From Podarcis cretensis (taxonomy: Eukaryota), in contig OX638151.1 of assembly GCA_951804945.1 (NCBI GenBank), forward strand, positions 69,006,001-69,070,000: a stretch of DNA of 64,000 nucleotides, read 5' to 3'. Positions within the stretch are counted from its first letter, which is position 1. Each line of letters opens with the position of its first letter. Made by a program: the position numbers and the translations under genes. Below are positions 25,810-40,265 of this stretch, in pieces. The notes under the pieces are model-generated. The model was not told the DNA's origin, did no database searches, and worked only from the letters and a program-made list of their open reading frames with translations.

Positions 25810-28800
25810 TGAAGTTTAATATGTTATGAAACAATATGGGTTTGCTTTCATTTCCCAATTCATACCCATTCATAATTCATTTGGAGGGGTGAACTTGCCT
25901 TTCCTATTGGCACTCAATGTCCTCTCAGTAGTTGCCTCCTAGAAGCTGCTATTTTATTTTACCAGAATAATAATCATTCTGGGGTGTTCTGAGAAAAAAT
26001 GTCAGATTCTAGACAGAGACAGAGACCATTTTATGTGGTGGCTGCCATTACCCCACACACACACACACACACACACACACATCCCCATCCCAATGCCTTG
26101 TATGTTACATTGTTCTGGGGCATTCTGGTTAAATAACATGGCTCCTGCCAAATCAGTTCTGATTGCTACCACATCTGCAGGAAGTGGAAAATAAGTTATG
26201 GGTGTCGGGAAAAGGCAAGGAAATGTAATAATGAAAACAAATAAAAGAATACTGAATTAATAAGAAAATGAATATAATTTTAAGAATGAAAAACAAAAGA
26301 AGTCTTTAATAATAGAAATGAAGGAAGTAATGAAAAAAGTCTCTACCATATCAAATATCTTCGTTAAAGCTATAGAACCCCTGTTCTTGTTTGCATGTGG
26401 TCTCCCCAGCTTTCTATCAAATGGACCACACTGTTCTTTCTAATTTTGTGTTATTGTTATTGACGTATGTTGAATGACAATGTAAATAAAGGCTTCTTCC
26501 TTGCCTTTGCTGGGAAGTGTCAGTGGATATTGGCATCAGTACTAAAGAGCTTGCATGAGACATGCAAAGTCATCAACCGTAGTTAGTCACAGTCTACTGA
26601 TTTCTCAAGCAATACTTATCCCATTGCTACATTTCCCAGTCAGACAGTGGTTGTCTTTTTACTCTGCAATGGATTGTATAGGTTGTCGTAGTATGATTGA
26701 TGAAGAAGGCAGAAAGTGAATGGTTCCCCCCCTTCTATTCTAGGGCCACTTTATGGCTAAAGGAAAACCTAGCAAAAGCAGAACAGCAAACCTCAACAAG
26801 CCTATACAAACTTAATGTTTCAAAGAAAGTGTTTGTGACAGAAAAGCATTCTCTGGACAGCAAAATCCAGAGCAAAATATATATATAATAAACTTTCAAA
26901 ATGTAATATCACAAGTTTTTATATCTACACTGCTATGTGCTCCATTATCTCTCTATATAACCCAGGGCTGGCCAAAGAAATTTGACTGCCTGAGGCATAT
27001 GACAAGATGGCACCCACCCATCCACCCACACAACCCATGTACAGCAGCTCACTGGACTGGACTGAAACCAGCAATGGCAATGGGATAAAAAAAAACCCAG
27101 TGTACCTGGTGGCAAGTTGCTAGTTTAAGGGGCATGTGACAGATCTATGGCACACATGGCTCTGAGGGGCACTCCTAGGGGGCTCAGTTGGAGTGACTGA
27201 GGGCTGATACTGCTATGCCTGTTCTGGACCATTTCCCTAATCTACCAATACTTCTCAATTTGCCTCCCTGGGTCCCTTAGAGGTCTTCTCCTTCCTCCTT
27301 TCTGCCACAGTACTCCAACTATGCAAACACTTTCCAAAAGTTCAAGCTTCGAGCAGAATGCTTGTTCAGTTTTGATTCCTAAAATCTGTTGTGCTTCTTT
27401 CCACCTTTCACTCTTATATCTTCAAAGTACCTGAAATGAAACATTTGACCCTCCTGTGAACTTATAAACTTCTGGTCAGCTACTAAAACAGACCCCAATC
27501 GTTTTCTAACAACCAACCAGAACACAACATGGCGGAACATTCCTTCCCATACCGATGTTATCCCAAATATATTATGTAACATCATGGCTGCCATCCTATG
27601 CAAAGATACTCGGGAGAAAGACCCACGGAACTCCTGAACTTTCTTCTGAATAAACAAACATGCACAGTACCATGATATAACTTTGGTCTTCTTCCTCTAT
27701 TTTTGAAGGACCATTACTACTTTCAATCTCTTCACCAACTAACATAAATCTAAGCGAAATCTGACAGCTGGATAGGATTTTACATAACAGCACCTGTTAT
27801 GCTTTCTGGCGGCAATGTCTTGACAGCTGCATTATAAAATATATCTCCCCTCTCCAAGCATCTCATTCAACTGCTGTGGAGAGCATGTAAATGTGCAGTG
27901 CATAGTGTCAACTAGCTATTAGCCTTACTGCTACAGCTGTTGCCCTGCGCCTAGAAAAAGCAATCTGAAGCAAAAGCCTTAAGCAAGTCCACTTTCCTTT
28001 TGAACAGGAATCTCCATCAATCTGATAGGATGGGGCAGTGCTGCATCTACCATTAAGTACAGCAAGATTTGCCACTCCAGCACTGCTTGTAGAGCCTATA
28101 AAAGGTCTCAGTAAATATTCCAACAAAAACCAACAATGCACCATTTTGTGCTCTTGTCATTCTTTCCCTGCTCTTTTACATGTGGGAGGCATTTTGTGCT
28201 ATGCCATATCCCCATGGCAACCATTTGTGTTCTGCCATATGCACCACAGCAACTATTTTTCTCAAAACTCCATGGCCCAAAATGGTTGCAACCCCTAGCA
28301 GGTTTGTCTTCTCCTAACCAGCATGTTGGAGCAAGGTGTTATATAAGGACAAAATTACCTCCGAACTCTGATAATATCCAGATTTTTTTCAGTGGATTTA
28401 GGATGGAGGTGTCAAGAATTCTGCTCAGTATTGATCCAGAACAAATTCCAATGTATCATTAGCAGAGTAAAATAAACGTAGCTCATTGCAGGATTCCCAT
28501 AAAAATACAACAGAGGCAATTGTATTTCATCTGGCAGAGCTTTACTGCTACTGAAGGCAAATGAGCATAATGGTCAAAAATCCATACATTAAGGATTGGC
28601 ACTGCCCATAAGAAATCCAGTTGCAGCAGCCTTAACTTAAACTTACAATAACTTACAATAGGACTAAAACCTTAACGCTAAGCATACTATGTACAGAACA
28701 CCATACCAGAAGGAAAGAGAGATAGAAAGTGAAACTCAAGCTCCTTCTGGCCTATTATTATAGTCAGCATGACCTTGCAACTCTGGTGAGACCTGCTTAA

Positions 28801-29821
28801 GATACCCAGACTCTGCCTCTAATAAGTAGTTTCAAGAGCTGAAGGCACAGCAATTATGGGCATAAGTTGTCCAAAATGTCAGGCCCTGTTGCATGCCAAA
28901 GGTATTAGACACTGAGATTATTAAAACTACTCATCTGATAAATAAAGGTACAGCCTGCTCATAAGCTTTGTCCACTAATATTTTTAAAACCTTTCCACTT
29001 AAAAAAAAAATCCTACATTTTTACTGGACTGAATGTGTCATTCACATTACCAATGGGCACAGCAAAATTTAGGCATCCAACTGTATGGGAAGACTGTCAT
29101 AATGCTGAAGACTAAGGTATATAGGAAGGAAGGTGAAATATTCTTGCTGTTAGGGGAAAGAACTCTGAAGAGATATGTCTGGAGTGGAAAGCAGAACATG
29201 CAAAAGCACAGCTGCCCGAAGGAAAGAACAGAAGTAGACATCCATTAAATAATTGAATTAACCTCTATTCAGCCTTTTCAACTGACTGCTATTTACTTTG
29301 ATAGCTTGCTGTTTGTTTTCTTCCAGGTTCACACACAATATTCTCTGAGCCTCTCAGCAACTGCAAGAAAATTTGAAGTCTGTATCTCAGTGTTGGTAAA
29401 AAGTGCTCTGCCTGAAGTAACTATATAGAGAAAAATTAAAATAGGACCTCTTGTTGCAGTTGAAAGTAGGGTGGCCCAGTTTTCTGTGAGCCCACTCTCC
29501 TAAATATTAATAATTCTTATAATATTTTCAGCATTTTAATATTATTCTCTGATGTTGTTGCGTGCCCATTTCTGCAATTGCAAGAAATTGAAAGAACCAT
29601 TCCATTCCTTTGGGGCATAAACCAGATGTCCAGTTCTGTGCTAATATCTGTTGCCACCAAAATATTTTGCAGCAGTTCTCATGAACCAATCCAAATATTT
29701 GACCCAAAGGACACCTCCACCAAACATGACAAAAGCCTGCATGTTATTATTGCTAATACTGCTAGCATTGTGCTTGTGGGGCAACACTACCAGGTATCCT
29801 GGTAATTTGCAAGGTGTGGAT

Positions 29822-30084
29822 TGTTATGTACTGAAGTTGTCACCCTGGGCCAGCAGGGGTATACTGTAGATAGTTTTCACTCAGGTCCACATATGCAAAT
29901 AAGGGATTGAAAGTGACGTTCAGTGATTGGATAGTTACAGAAAGTGTTACAGTTGCGTTGTAGTGGAGCTGTATATAAGCAGGCTGGCTGAACCCTTCAG
30001 TTCAGTTCTGTTCTGGCCTTTGAATAAACAAGAGCTGTTTGAAGAATCGCTGTGTCGTCTGATATGTTCACCCATAACTTAACA
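29822..30084 (+). mobile_element. Solo LTR, 263 bp
   Basis: TGTTA...TAACA termini; 5-bp TSD TGGAT at 29817-29821 and 30085-30089; TATATAA at 29972-29978; AATAAA at 30023-30028. Confidence 0.88.
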
Positions 30085-31217
30085 TGGATCAGTTCTGTGC
30101 TAAACAGGTTTCAATTTGGAGATAGTCCAGGTAACTGGGTATTTGGGTCCATGCTGCATCCCTCTTCATCTTGATGCACAAGATTAGCAAATACCAAGAT
30201 ACTGAGGAGCAACTCTCAATGAAATATCTCTGAGATACTACCAGTGCTGTTGACAATTTATGATGCAGGTACAATTCCACAGGTCTTCACCAGTTTTGTG
30301 CCAAAGCTGACACTCTAATTCCCAGTTTTTAGATCTTTGGATGAGTTGGACCTTCATGGTTCAGCTGGAGAAGTGTAACTTGGACTCTCAGAGCCCCATA
30401 TTCTTCAACTGGACATTCATACATAGTTCTTATGTTATTATTTGATGTCATTCCAACCTATGCATTCTAAGCTTTAATACTTTTTGTTATGAAGTAAGCT
30501 TCATTTGTGATGTTCTGAGTAAACATGCCTGAGTTTGGATGAACAGGGCCAAGCTACACATTTCACTGCAGCTGTGTGTAATGGTAACCCAATAGCCCCT
30601 TTCCTGTTGTTGAGAATATTAACAGTTATGCAGGTTTCAAAGGCACTTCATGTCTCTGATATGCAACTGAATAGTTTCTGCCTCAACAACCCTTCTGCAT
30701 AAGGCACACTGCAGACACACCTAATAGTTACACTAATTGTATGTGTGAGTTCTTTGGGGACACTGCTGTGATAATTTCATCTCCTGTCTCCCCTGGAAAA
30801 TAATTATGGTCTTATCAAGACAATTGTTGCAAAGCATGTCCCTAGAACAAGATAGATTTTTAGGGGAAGTGGAGAAGGAAGGAAAGTTATGCTGAGGCCT
30901 CCTCACCAGTGTGCCTATTGCATGCTCCAATGGGCCACTGTTGGCCCAATTAATTGTGTGTAGAAAGTGGATGCAGAAGTCCTTCTCTTAATCCTAGAAC
31001 TTGGGGCAATCAATTCAGTACAGACATAAGGAAGCACTTCTTCATACGGTGCCCAGTTAAATTATGGCTTTTTTTTTAATGTACCCAGTACTAAAGGAAA
31101 GAGTACAGTATTTCAGAATCACAAAAGCCAAACTGCACTACCAACACTTGACTCTATTATCACCCAAAGCATGTTTCAGCATTTGACAGAGCATGCGACT
31201 GCTCTGACTGTATATGG

Positions 31218-31353
31218 CAGGCATCCCCAAACTCAGCCCTCCAGCTGTTTTGGGACTACAACGCCCATCATCCCTAGCTAACAGGACCAGTGATCAGGGA
31301 TGATGGGAACTGTAGCCCCAAAACATCTGGAGGGCCGAGTTTGGGGGTGCCTG
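31218..31353. mobile_element. Palindromic hAT MITE, 136 bp (older relatives near 13357, 57042, 57434, 60813)
   Basis: CAGGCATCCCCAAACT...AGTTTGGGGGTGCCTG; perfect 8-bp TSD GTATATGG at 31210-31217 and 31354-31361. Confidence 0.9.
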
Positions 31354-33341
31354 GTATATGGGGACAGAGTCATGTACTGAAGCCCTACCTCTAACATCCT
31401 GGTGCACATCACCTAGTCTACTCAGTCCCTGACCTTTCCCATGTTGAGTGGCAAAAGTCCAAATAGAGCTTTTATTCATGTTCATTTGAATGCAAGCAGA
31501 ACTTTCTGAATATTTGAAGATCCTGATAAAGAAATCTTCCTGATCATTTGAAGGGTTCAACTTGCATTCAAGTGAAGATGCACACAAAAAATAAAATCAA
31601 CACCTACTCAACACCTGAGGGTTGGGGGCTGAGTGGGGCATTGCTTTAGATGCATTTTTCAGCAGGACTGTATATAATTTCAATGTGAATTTCTAGACGT
31701 TTATGGCTGTGAACATATTTCTAAAGGTAAGTGGATCCACTCTCATTTCAGAAGCCAAAAGGTTGGCTGGATAAGATTTCCAATGATTGCAAGGCAGGAC
31801 TTCAGTACCCTGCATACTTCCTTGCCTCTTCCTGTGACAGAACAAGAACCAAGAATGAATAATAGTTTTAAGAAGCAAAGCAAATTATGCAATGTGAGAT
31901 CAAGTATGCAAATTTTCTTATTTTCTTTGATTTAGGTCAAATAATCAGAATTCGCCTTTTAGTACTGTATTTTGGGCTGCCTTGCAGCAAGAGTTGGGGT
32001 TTTTATTTCTTTAAGTACACACAGCCCTGGCTAATGGTTAAGGTATTCCCCTTAACCTCTCCTAACTCCAGTGACTATATGGAACCAATAGGTAGTTGCC
32101 TCCATATAATAGCAATCTTGCCTTAGACAATAAAGCTAAAGTGCTCTCTACAACCTACAGAATTCCAGATTTCGCTTAAGTAGCTTGCTTTCCATCAGCT
32201 TCTCTTCCCTTTAGGGCATAAGACTCTGGTTGTCCTGTTTTTGCATTACAGGGAGGCAGATCAGGTCCTTTCTTTTCCCTAACCCCAATTTAGTTACACA
32301 GCACACTAGAAAGCATCATTGTGGTACTCCTAAGAAGAATGTTAATTGGAATCTTAAGGGGGGGGCAATAAAAAGTCTTTATTGTTGTAACCCTTAGGAT
32401 TTCATCTCTCTCTGCCTTCCCCCCAACCCCTGACACTAGTGCCCTCCTTCCCCCCCACCACCATCAGCCCCAGCTCCTAATCCTTATTGCAGCCTTCAAA
32501 CTGTTTTGCCCTCCAGCTGCAATTAACATCCTGAATATATTTAATTGCAATTAGAAAGTCACACATTTCATGCCACACATGCATCCTATAATGTGCTGGT
32601 GTTATCACTAAAGACATTGCTTTCTGCCCTTGAATACAAGAAACCTCCTTTTCTGAAGGTCACCAGAATAGCATCAGCAGAATCAAAGCCCCTTAAGGAG
32701 AGCTATGTTATTTTCTGACATACAGCAAAACCAAAATAACTTTCAGCTGCACATAATGGAAGAATCCAGAGACAAAAATAGAGAGCTGAAGCCAAACTGC
32801 ATTTCTTTCTGTCTTTCTGATATAAAGCCATGGCTTGGAAGTGGGCAGATTCCTTCTTTAGCTGAATACATACATAGTGATCTAAACTTTTCCATTTTAG
32901 AACAGCCTTCAGGAAAGAATTGTTTTGGCTCAGTTCAAAGGGTGCCCATCGATACCTCCGCATGTAAGGATCTCTGCACCAAAGAGATGGTTATGCTGGT
33001 GCTGTGTTGATAGGGGACTTGGTCCAAACAGACCAGACCATCTCTTTCCTCTGTATACTGATTCTTTTAGGTGGTAGATCCATTAAGCGAACATTAAGTG
33101 CACTCTTCCCAAATATTGGGTGTGGATGTGTGTGGTCGTGGTAGTGTCTGAAAAACAATATCCTTTGCATTTCAATGAAAACATTCTCAGAATGGAGAAT
33201 AATAAAACTGTAATGAAAATAACAATCACGCAACAATCTTGATGAAAAGCAAAAAATAATGCAGCAGGATTGAAATGCAGATAGACCTGCTGTCAACTAA
33301 ACCTACTCAGACTGGGGGGGGGGGCTCCTAAATGAGCTCTA

Positions 33342-33567
33342 CAGTGGTACCTTGGGTTACAGATGCTTCAGGTTACATACTCTGCTAACCCAGAAATAGT
33401 ACCTCGGGTTAAGAACTTTGCTTAAGGATGAGAACAGAAATTGTGTTTTAGCGTTGCGGCGGCAGCGGGAAACCCCATTAGCTAAAGTGGTACTTCAAGT
33501 TAAGAACGGTTTCAGGTTAAGAATGGACCTCCGGAACGAATTAAGTTCTTAACCCGAGGTACCACTG
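33342..33567 (-). mobile_element. MITE copy 4, inverted, 226 bp (one 16-bp repeat fewer)
   Basis: Same TIRs and TA TSD; interior is the reverse complement of copies 1-3. Confidence 0.9.
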
Positions 33568-34139
33568 TACTCTAAAATTTGTTGACTCTCATCTCAGTCA
33601 ACAGGGAAATTCCACTAGGAAAATTTTTAATTGTTTCTGTCCACTCTTGACTCTGACAGACTCTGTAGCAGTTCTTTAGAAATAAATTTCAGCAGGCTAG
33701 GAGATATATATGGGGAAAGGTGCTTACTCAGACAACCTGGTATGTGATGGTGCTGTCTCCATGTTAGTAACCCCACACTTAGGATCACCACCAATCATGC
33801 ACATCCCTCCAGTCCCTGTTTGCACAACAAGCCCCAATAATTGGTGGGGTTGGTGATAGTGGGGATGAATATCACTTAGGGTCAAACTGTTGGGGAGAGA
33901 GGTTTGGAAGAGAGATTCCTACTGTCTCACAGCAGACTTGGCACAATGGCAATTGGTCCAAGCATATTAAAACTTGGTTAGATCTACATCTGCCCTCATC
34001 CACCTTTAAACAAGTATTCCTCACAAAAAGATTTAGGCTAGAATAAATCACAGCCACTTAGCTTTGAAAATGTCTGAAAATTTTACCCACAGTTCCAGGA
34101 GTTACAGCAAACAATTCTCCAACCACTGGCAGTAAAATG

Positions 34140-34186
34140 AAGAAGAAGAAGAAGAAGAAGAAGAAGAAGAAGAAGAAGAAGAAGAA
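34140..34186. repeat. (AAG)n microsatellite; others are (GTT)n ~6361, (AAAT)n ~10278, (CAT)n ~12764, (TA)n ~25614 and ~35829, (TTTC)n ~56127, (GT)n ~61802
   Basis: Direct reading. Confidence 0.95.
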
Positions 34187-35825
34187 AGGTTCCAAATGAC
34201 TTTTTTAAAAAAAAAAAAACTTGGTTTCCTTACAAAAGAATCATGCAGGAAGATGCAAGCAGTAAAAATCTCCATTTAGAGAGACTTTTCATTCACATTG
34301 TTTGTCTTCAACTGTGAGCCATACTGCAGCTCCAGCTTCAGGAAAGATAGAGAGAAAGGAAGAGGTAAAGGCTTCTGGTTGCCTGCTGAGCCCTTCCCAA
34401 CTGGAAACTGAGCTCAGGGCTCAGGTTAACCCTTTTATGCATGCAAGTGCAAGTCAGTAACTGTATATTACAACACAAACGACACATTATTTTGAATGTG
34501 TGTAACTATTTAATATGCACAGTTTTTGTTCTTTAAATAGCAGATGGTGGGGAACTGAACAGAATTGGGATTGTGGGAAGAGGGTTAAACCATTTTGCCA
34601 ATTCTCCCTCTGCCTGCCCCTGTTGAAGTAACTATTTGTCTTCAAGGGAAGCTTCCATCAGCCATTTTTACAATGAAAGAAAATTCAGTCTGCAGCAAAT
34701 GGGTGCTGGCCACAGATATCATAGTTAAATACTGATTCTTATTGTTGAGGGATATAACAATTATGGGGGCAATGTAAACATCTGTTTTGAATCTGTATTT
34801 CAGACTGATGCCGTGACAATCAATGTTCAGTTGCCTGGGATATAATGTTGGATCAGATGCAGAGAGCACAACATACAAATGGCAAGACATTCAGGTCTGT
34901 AGGCAAGAGCACTGAACTCATGCCAGAGCAATGGGCTTCATGCCACAGCGCTGACTGGCAAAGGAGCTCAGCTGGGATTGATGATCTAAATGACCCTAAA
35001 TGAGTCCTGAGCTTAGCAACAGGGGCTGAGTCATAGGTAGCAGGTTGTGCTTGTGGAGCCGGTCTTGATTAGAGAATCTATGGAAAGTTGCCTTCTCCTA
35101 CAACATGCCACTTTACTTGCTTGTTTGAGGAATCTGGAACTGTTTTCTCTGCTAGATCATGTGTTAGCCTGTGACACAATGTGACTTAGACTGCATAGAC
35201 TGAGAGTGATGTTGGTGTGTGGGCTGGATGACAGTTCCTTCTTCAAACTATGTAGAACTGCTTTAAGACAGTGTGTTTTACGCTACTTATCCTCCACAAC
35301 TTTCATTTATTAAACAAATTTTAGATTGCAAGACCCTTTACAAAATAACAGTGTATTTGTTTTATAGAAATACATTCACTCTAATCAATGCCTGTTTTAT
35401 TAAATCTGAAGACCTCAAGCAAAACTGGAAATAGAGCTACTATGTATATTGGCAAACATGCATTTTATGCCTAAGCTAATATATGTTTCATAAATTGATG
35501 CACACCTTATGAACCTGTCCTTTATAGGTTGTATCCCAGGGGACTGAAAAACTTGTTCTTTATCTTCTTTTTTAAATTGGGAGCAGAATCTGAAATATAT
35601 ATTGAAGCCATTCATAGAGAAAATCTGAATGCAACTGACTGTGTATTTAATTGCTTAAATGTATCAGCTCTGTTAACTAAGTGGAGCAGCAGAAGAAAAT
35701 AATAGAGATAAAAGAAATTAACTCAATATTTCTAGTCTTCTCTGAGCCATATTAATTTAAAAACAGAGCCACTACCACAATGTAGTCTATATAAATTAAG
35801 ATAGCAACCATATTTCAAAATTCAT

Positions 35826-35856
<31 letters not shown>

Positions 35857-36194
35857 CCCCAAAGTTAAAATTGAAGCAATTTTTTAAACCTAGGCTTCGG
35901 TATAGATTGAAATCAATGCATTAGTTTTCTTTTCTATATTATTTCAGCAAATGTCTTAACACAAAGAGAAAATTGTTCTCTGGTGTATTATAATTGGTTC
36001 TACTACTGCAATATCACAATTGCTAAGAAATAAATGGCAAGGAAATAAATATACCATATATTTGCTGTGGTGTGAAAAATAGAATAATGCTGCAATTCTT
36101 TCTGCATCAAAAAAACACATATTTTGGAGGGAGGGATGAATGGGCCTAATGCAATCAATGAAAACAAATGAGTCCTCTTGAATGAAACCAAAGG

Positions 36195-37848
36195 CCTATC
36201 TAAACCAAATGCACAGAGTGTGGGAAACAAGACAAATTTGAGCTCTTAATACAGGATGGCAAATATAACCTAATAGGCATTACTGAAACCTGGTGGGATG
36301 AGACTCATGACTGGAATATAGAAGTTGAGGGATATAACATATTCAAAAGGAATAGACCAAACAGGAAGGGAGGAGAAGTAGCATTACAGTGGTACCTCGC
36401 AAGACAAATGCCTCGTAAGACGAAAAACTCGCAAGGCGAAAGAGTTTTTGGTTTTTTGAGTTGCTTCGCAAGACGAATTTCCCTATGGGCTTGCTTTGCA
36501 AGATGAAAACGTCTTGCAAGTTTGTTTCCTTTGTCTTGCAAGTTTGTTTCCTTTTTCTTAAAACCGTGCATTCAGGGGGTGCAGTTGTGACTTGACTTCG
36601 AGGAGCAACTCATAGCATGCGGTGTGGTAGCCTTTTTTGAGGTTTTTGAAGACTTTGGTGATTTTTGAAGCTTTTCCAAAATCCGTGCTTCGCAAGACGA
36701 AAAAACTCGCAGAACGAATTAATTTCGTCTTGCGAGGCACCACTGTATAAGGAAAGGATGTGTAGACTTGTGAAGAGATCCTTGACCTTAGAGGCAGACT
36801 GAGAGTATATGGGTAAAAATTGTGGATGTCTACTACAGACTGCCAGGCTAGACTGAAGACTTGGACAATGCCTTCTTACAGCAGATTACCACACATTCAA
36901 AAATGAGAGATACAGTAATCATGGGAGACTCCAACTACCCTAATATCTGTTGGAACACAATATTTGTTGGAACACAAGCTCTGCCAAGAATATAAGATCC
37001 AACAGATTTCTCTATCGCCTCACAGACAATTTCATGTCCCAGAAGGTGGAAGAAGCAACAAAGGATTATTTATCTTGGACCTAGTCCTCTCCAACAAAGA
37101 GAAACTGATTAATGAAGTAAAAGTACTGTGAACCTTGGGAGGAAGTGATCATGTCATCCTAGGTTTCATTATACAGAGGTAAGGGAACTGAATGTACTTG
37201 GACATGCACTCTGAACTTTAAGAAGGCTGATTTCAAAAAGCTTAAGGACCTACTGGATGAGATCCCATGGTCAGAAACACTCAAAGAGAAGGGAGTCCAA
37301 AATGGATGGGAGTTTCTTAAAGGTGAAATACTGAAGGCACAAATCCAGACAAATTCAACAAGTAAGAAAAGTGGGAGGCATCTAAAGAAACCAATGTGGC
37401 TGCATAAGGAGATGAGCTGAGATATTAGAAGGGCAAGTATAAGAAATGTTAGAAAGGGGAAATCGTGAAGGGGTATACATGAGTAGCCAACAGTTGCAGG
37501 CTGAATACGAGGCAGGCTTAAGCTCAGAATGAGCTCAGGCTTGCAAGAGAGGTTAAGAATAATTTAAAAGGTTTATTTGGCTATGTTCGAAGCAAAAAGA
37601 AGAACCAGAAAGTGGTAGGTCCTCTGCATGGAGAAGATGGAGAAATGCTATTGGGTGGCAGAGAGAAGGTGGAACTGCTCAACACTTTCCTGGTCTTTGT
37701 CTTCACCCAAAAGGAAAGTGATGCCCAACCAGGTGATAACAGAACAAATGTTGTAAGGAGGGAGCTGCAGTTCAAGATAAGAAAAGAGGTGGTAAAGAAA
37801 CACCTAGATACTTTAAAGGAATTCAAATCTCCAGGGCCTGGTGAGCTA
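36195..37848 (+). mobile_element. Degraded CR1 LINE (endonuclease domain and linker), interrupted by a MITE
   Basis: Remnants NAQS..NK, LIGITETWWDETHDWNI, MGDSNYP, SDH, EKVELLNTF, KSPGP; many frameshifts. Confidence 0.9.
36387..36745. mobile_element. Related 359-bp MITE nested in CR1
   Basis: TIR CAGTGGTACCTCGCAAGAC / GTCTTGCGAGGCACCACTG, TA TSD, internal CGCAAGACGAA repeats. Confidence 0.9.
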
Positions 37849-40265
37849 CTGTGTCTATGTATGTGTTACCTTTGTAGTGGCTTGGTAAATCATATTTTAT
37901 CATTTAGAGAACAAGCAGAGATGAGCCTCACCTCACCTATTCTCCCCTCTCCCTCCTCTTTGTCTGAAAACCTCTGATCTGATCTAGATTAACCTCAACA
38001 AACTGACCTTATTAATTTCAAGCCATAGTTTAAGCAGCAGGATCCTTTCAGCAAACCATAGTTAAGTTTCATCACAATTTAGGGCCAGGACGGCAAAACT
38101 TGTTTTTAACTAGTTGGCCACCTCTACCAGGGTTGCCTCCAGTGGTAACTGTGGCAAATGTTTATTTACATGTGTGCAGACACACACCATATAGACACAG
38201 ATACATGCACACTCACCACATATTCAGCACACACAAACCCACACATGCAGCACACACACTTGCAGACACTCTCCCCAATGCTGAGACAGTGTTTCAGAGA
38301 AAGAGCTTCCCTCCATCCTACCCATCACAACAATGATGGAGTGGAGTGAACACAGCCTTTCGCTCTTCACAGATCAGACTCAGGAAATATGGATGCATTC
38401 AGATATGGGTCTCCATAGAAAGGGACCGAGCCCTTTCCTGCTGCTATGATGTTGCACACTCATATGTGAACTGATTTTACCTGTGTGGTGCCTTCCAAAT
38501 ACAACACATATGTCTCTGGACAGGTTCCTAGCTATGATAACATGCCTAAGGATATCAGACCAGCAGAAAGCTGGTCTTAAAGAGGTGGCTTAATTGGGTG
38601 CTTCAGTATACGCTGCCTTTTTCTCTCTCCTCCTGAACAATCATGTCGCTTTTTCCTCACAGATGTAAGTGGAGCAGAAATGCTTCCATTGTGACACCAT
38701 TACATTGTCGGGGATCTGATCTGTCAGATTTTATCTGTGTCAGCAGCAGCCTTGTGAAAGCAAAACCATCTTTATCATTTAATTGCCTTAATCCAGGACA
38801 AATATAATCTCGGGGATAAGGGATCCTGGTTTTTACAGCATAAGTTAATCAAAACAGCAAGTGGCCACAAGATAAAAATAGATGAAAATTAATGCTTCAG
38901 TCATCAGGGTAAGATTGACGGGTTTGGCAGCATTTTAAGGAGCATTTTAATTTGCTGTAAAAATGTGTGAAGAATTATGAAACTATAGTGATTGGGAAGC
39001 AGTGAAGAGCAATTCTGATATAGGAGAACTTTGGATATTTTCACTGCCCTCATGCAATTCCATGCAACTTGGCATTAATTTTTCAGGGTCTCTATGAATG
39101 GTCTATATCATTTATATACTGGAGGCCCTGTTGGTGATCCTGCTTATGGGGAAAATATGTTTGGCAGCAACATGGGACAAGACCTTCTCTGCAGTGGCAC
39201 CCTAGCTGGGGAACTTCCTCCCTTCAGCTATTTGATGGTTCCCCTTAATGATGACCCAGCTGTGATACATTCACCACAGTAGTAGAATTCATCATTATCA
39301 ATTATTTCTACTACTACTACTACTACTGGTGGTGGTGGTTGCTTTACTAGTACTGATTTTTCAATATATCTCACATTTGCTTCCTCTTTATCCTCATCCT
39401 TATTACAGTGTTTGAGGATGCCAGACATGAACAAGTTGACTTTTTGTCTTTATTTAGCTTTATAAAACCTGTTGACCAGTAAATATATTTGATTTGTACC
39501 ATAAACTTGATAAAAAGTGTGGAAGCCCATGCATTTTATGATTGCCTTTTCCTGTATTCATGAGCTTTATAATTTACAACGCTCACGCATTTCCACTTCG
39601 GTATCTACACAGCAGGAAACTATACTTTTTTTTTGGTAGAGGGCCAAGACAGAGGGCATATATTTTCATGTCATTCAGATCAAGATCTTTGTAAATACTT
39701 GATTCATGTGCAAATAGGTACTTGTCACTCAAACATTTACACTTACCTAAGATATTGACTTGGCAGCCACAGGCTTGCCAGTAACTGAAAGAGCCATGTC
39801 CATATCAAATTCAGTTTGTGCACAAACACTGTATTTATCCATTGAAGCCCAGTTGCCAAAGATGTAGCCTGCCATACTTTATGCGCACTTACTTGGGAAC
39901 AAACTTCATAGAACACAGTGGGATTTACTACTATGTATACTTACGCAGGATTGCACTGTTAGTAGAAATGTGAGATTCGGTTTTCCCTTTCTTCTCTGTT
40001 CCTTGGCTTCCCAACCCTCACAAACATTGGCAGCACAACTAAACTGCTATGGTCTGTTCTTTGTCGTGGACTTTCTGATATTTAAGCTCACCCAAACCTC
40101 TTTGGGATCCCATTTAGCACAAGTGTCTGCCTCCATGTCCTATATTCTCAGCACCAAGCAGCAGCCAATATGGGCTGGGTTCCTCTGCCTTGCGTAGATG
40201 TATAGGAGAATATTTGGGCTGCTCCAACTTATCAGGCAGCAGTGAAGCTGAAGCTACTAACTGTT

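Noticed and set aside
27230-27795. CpG-containing stretch that might be a retroelement or pseudogene fragment
   Set aside because: No diagnostic motif in any frame that I could recognise; needs BLASTX
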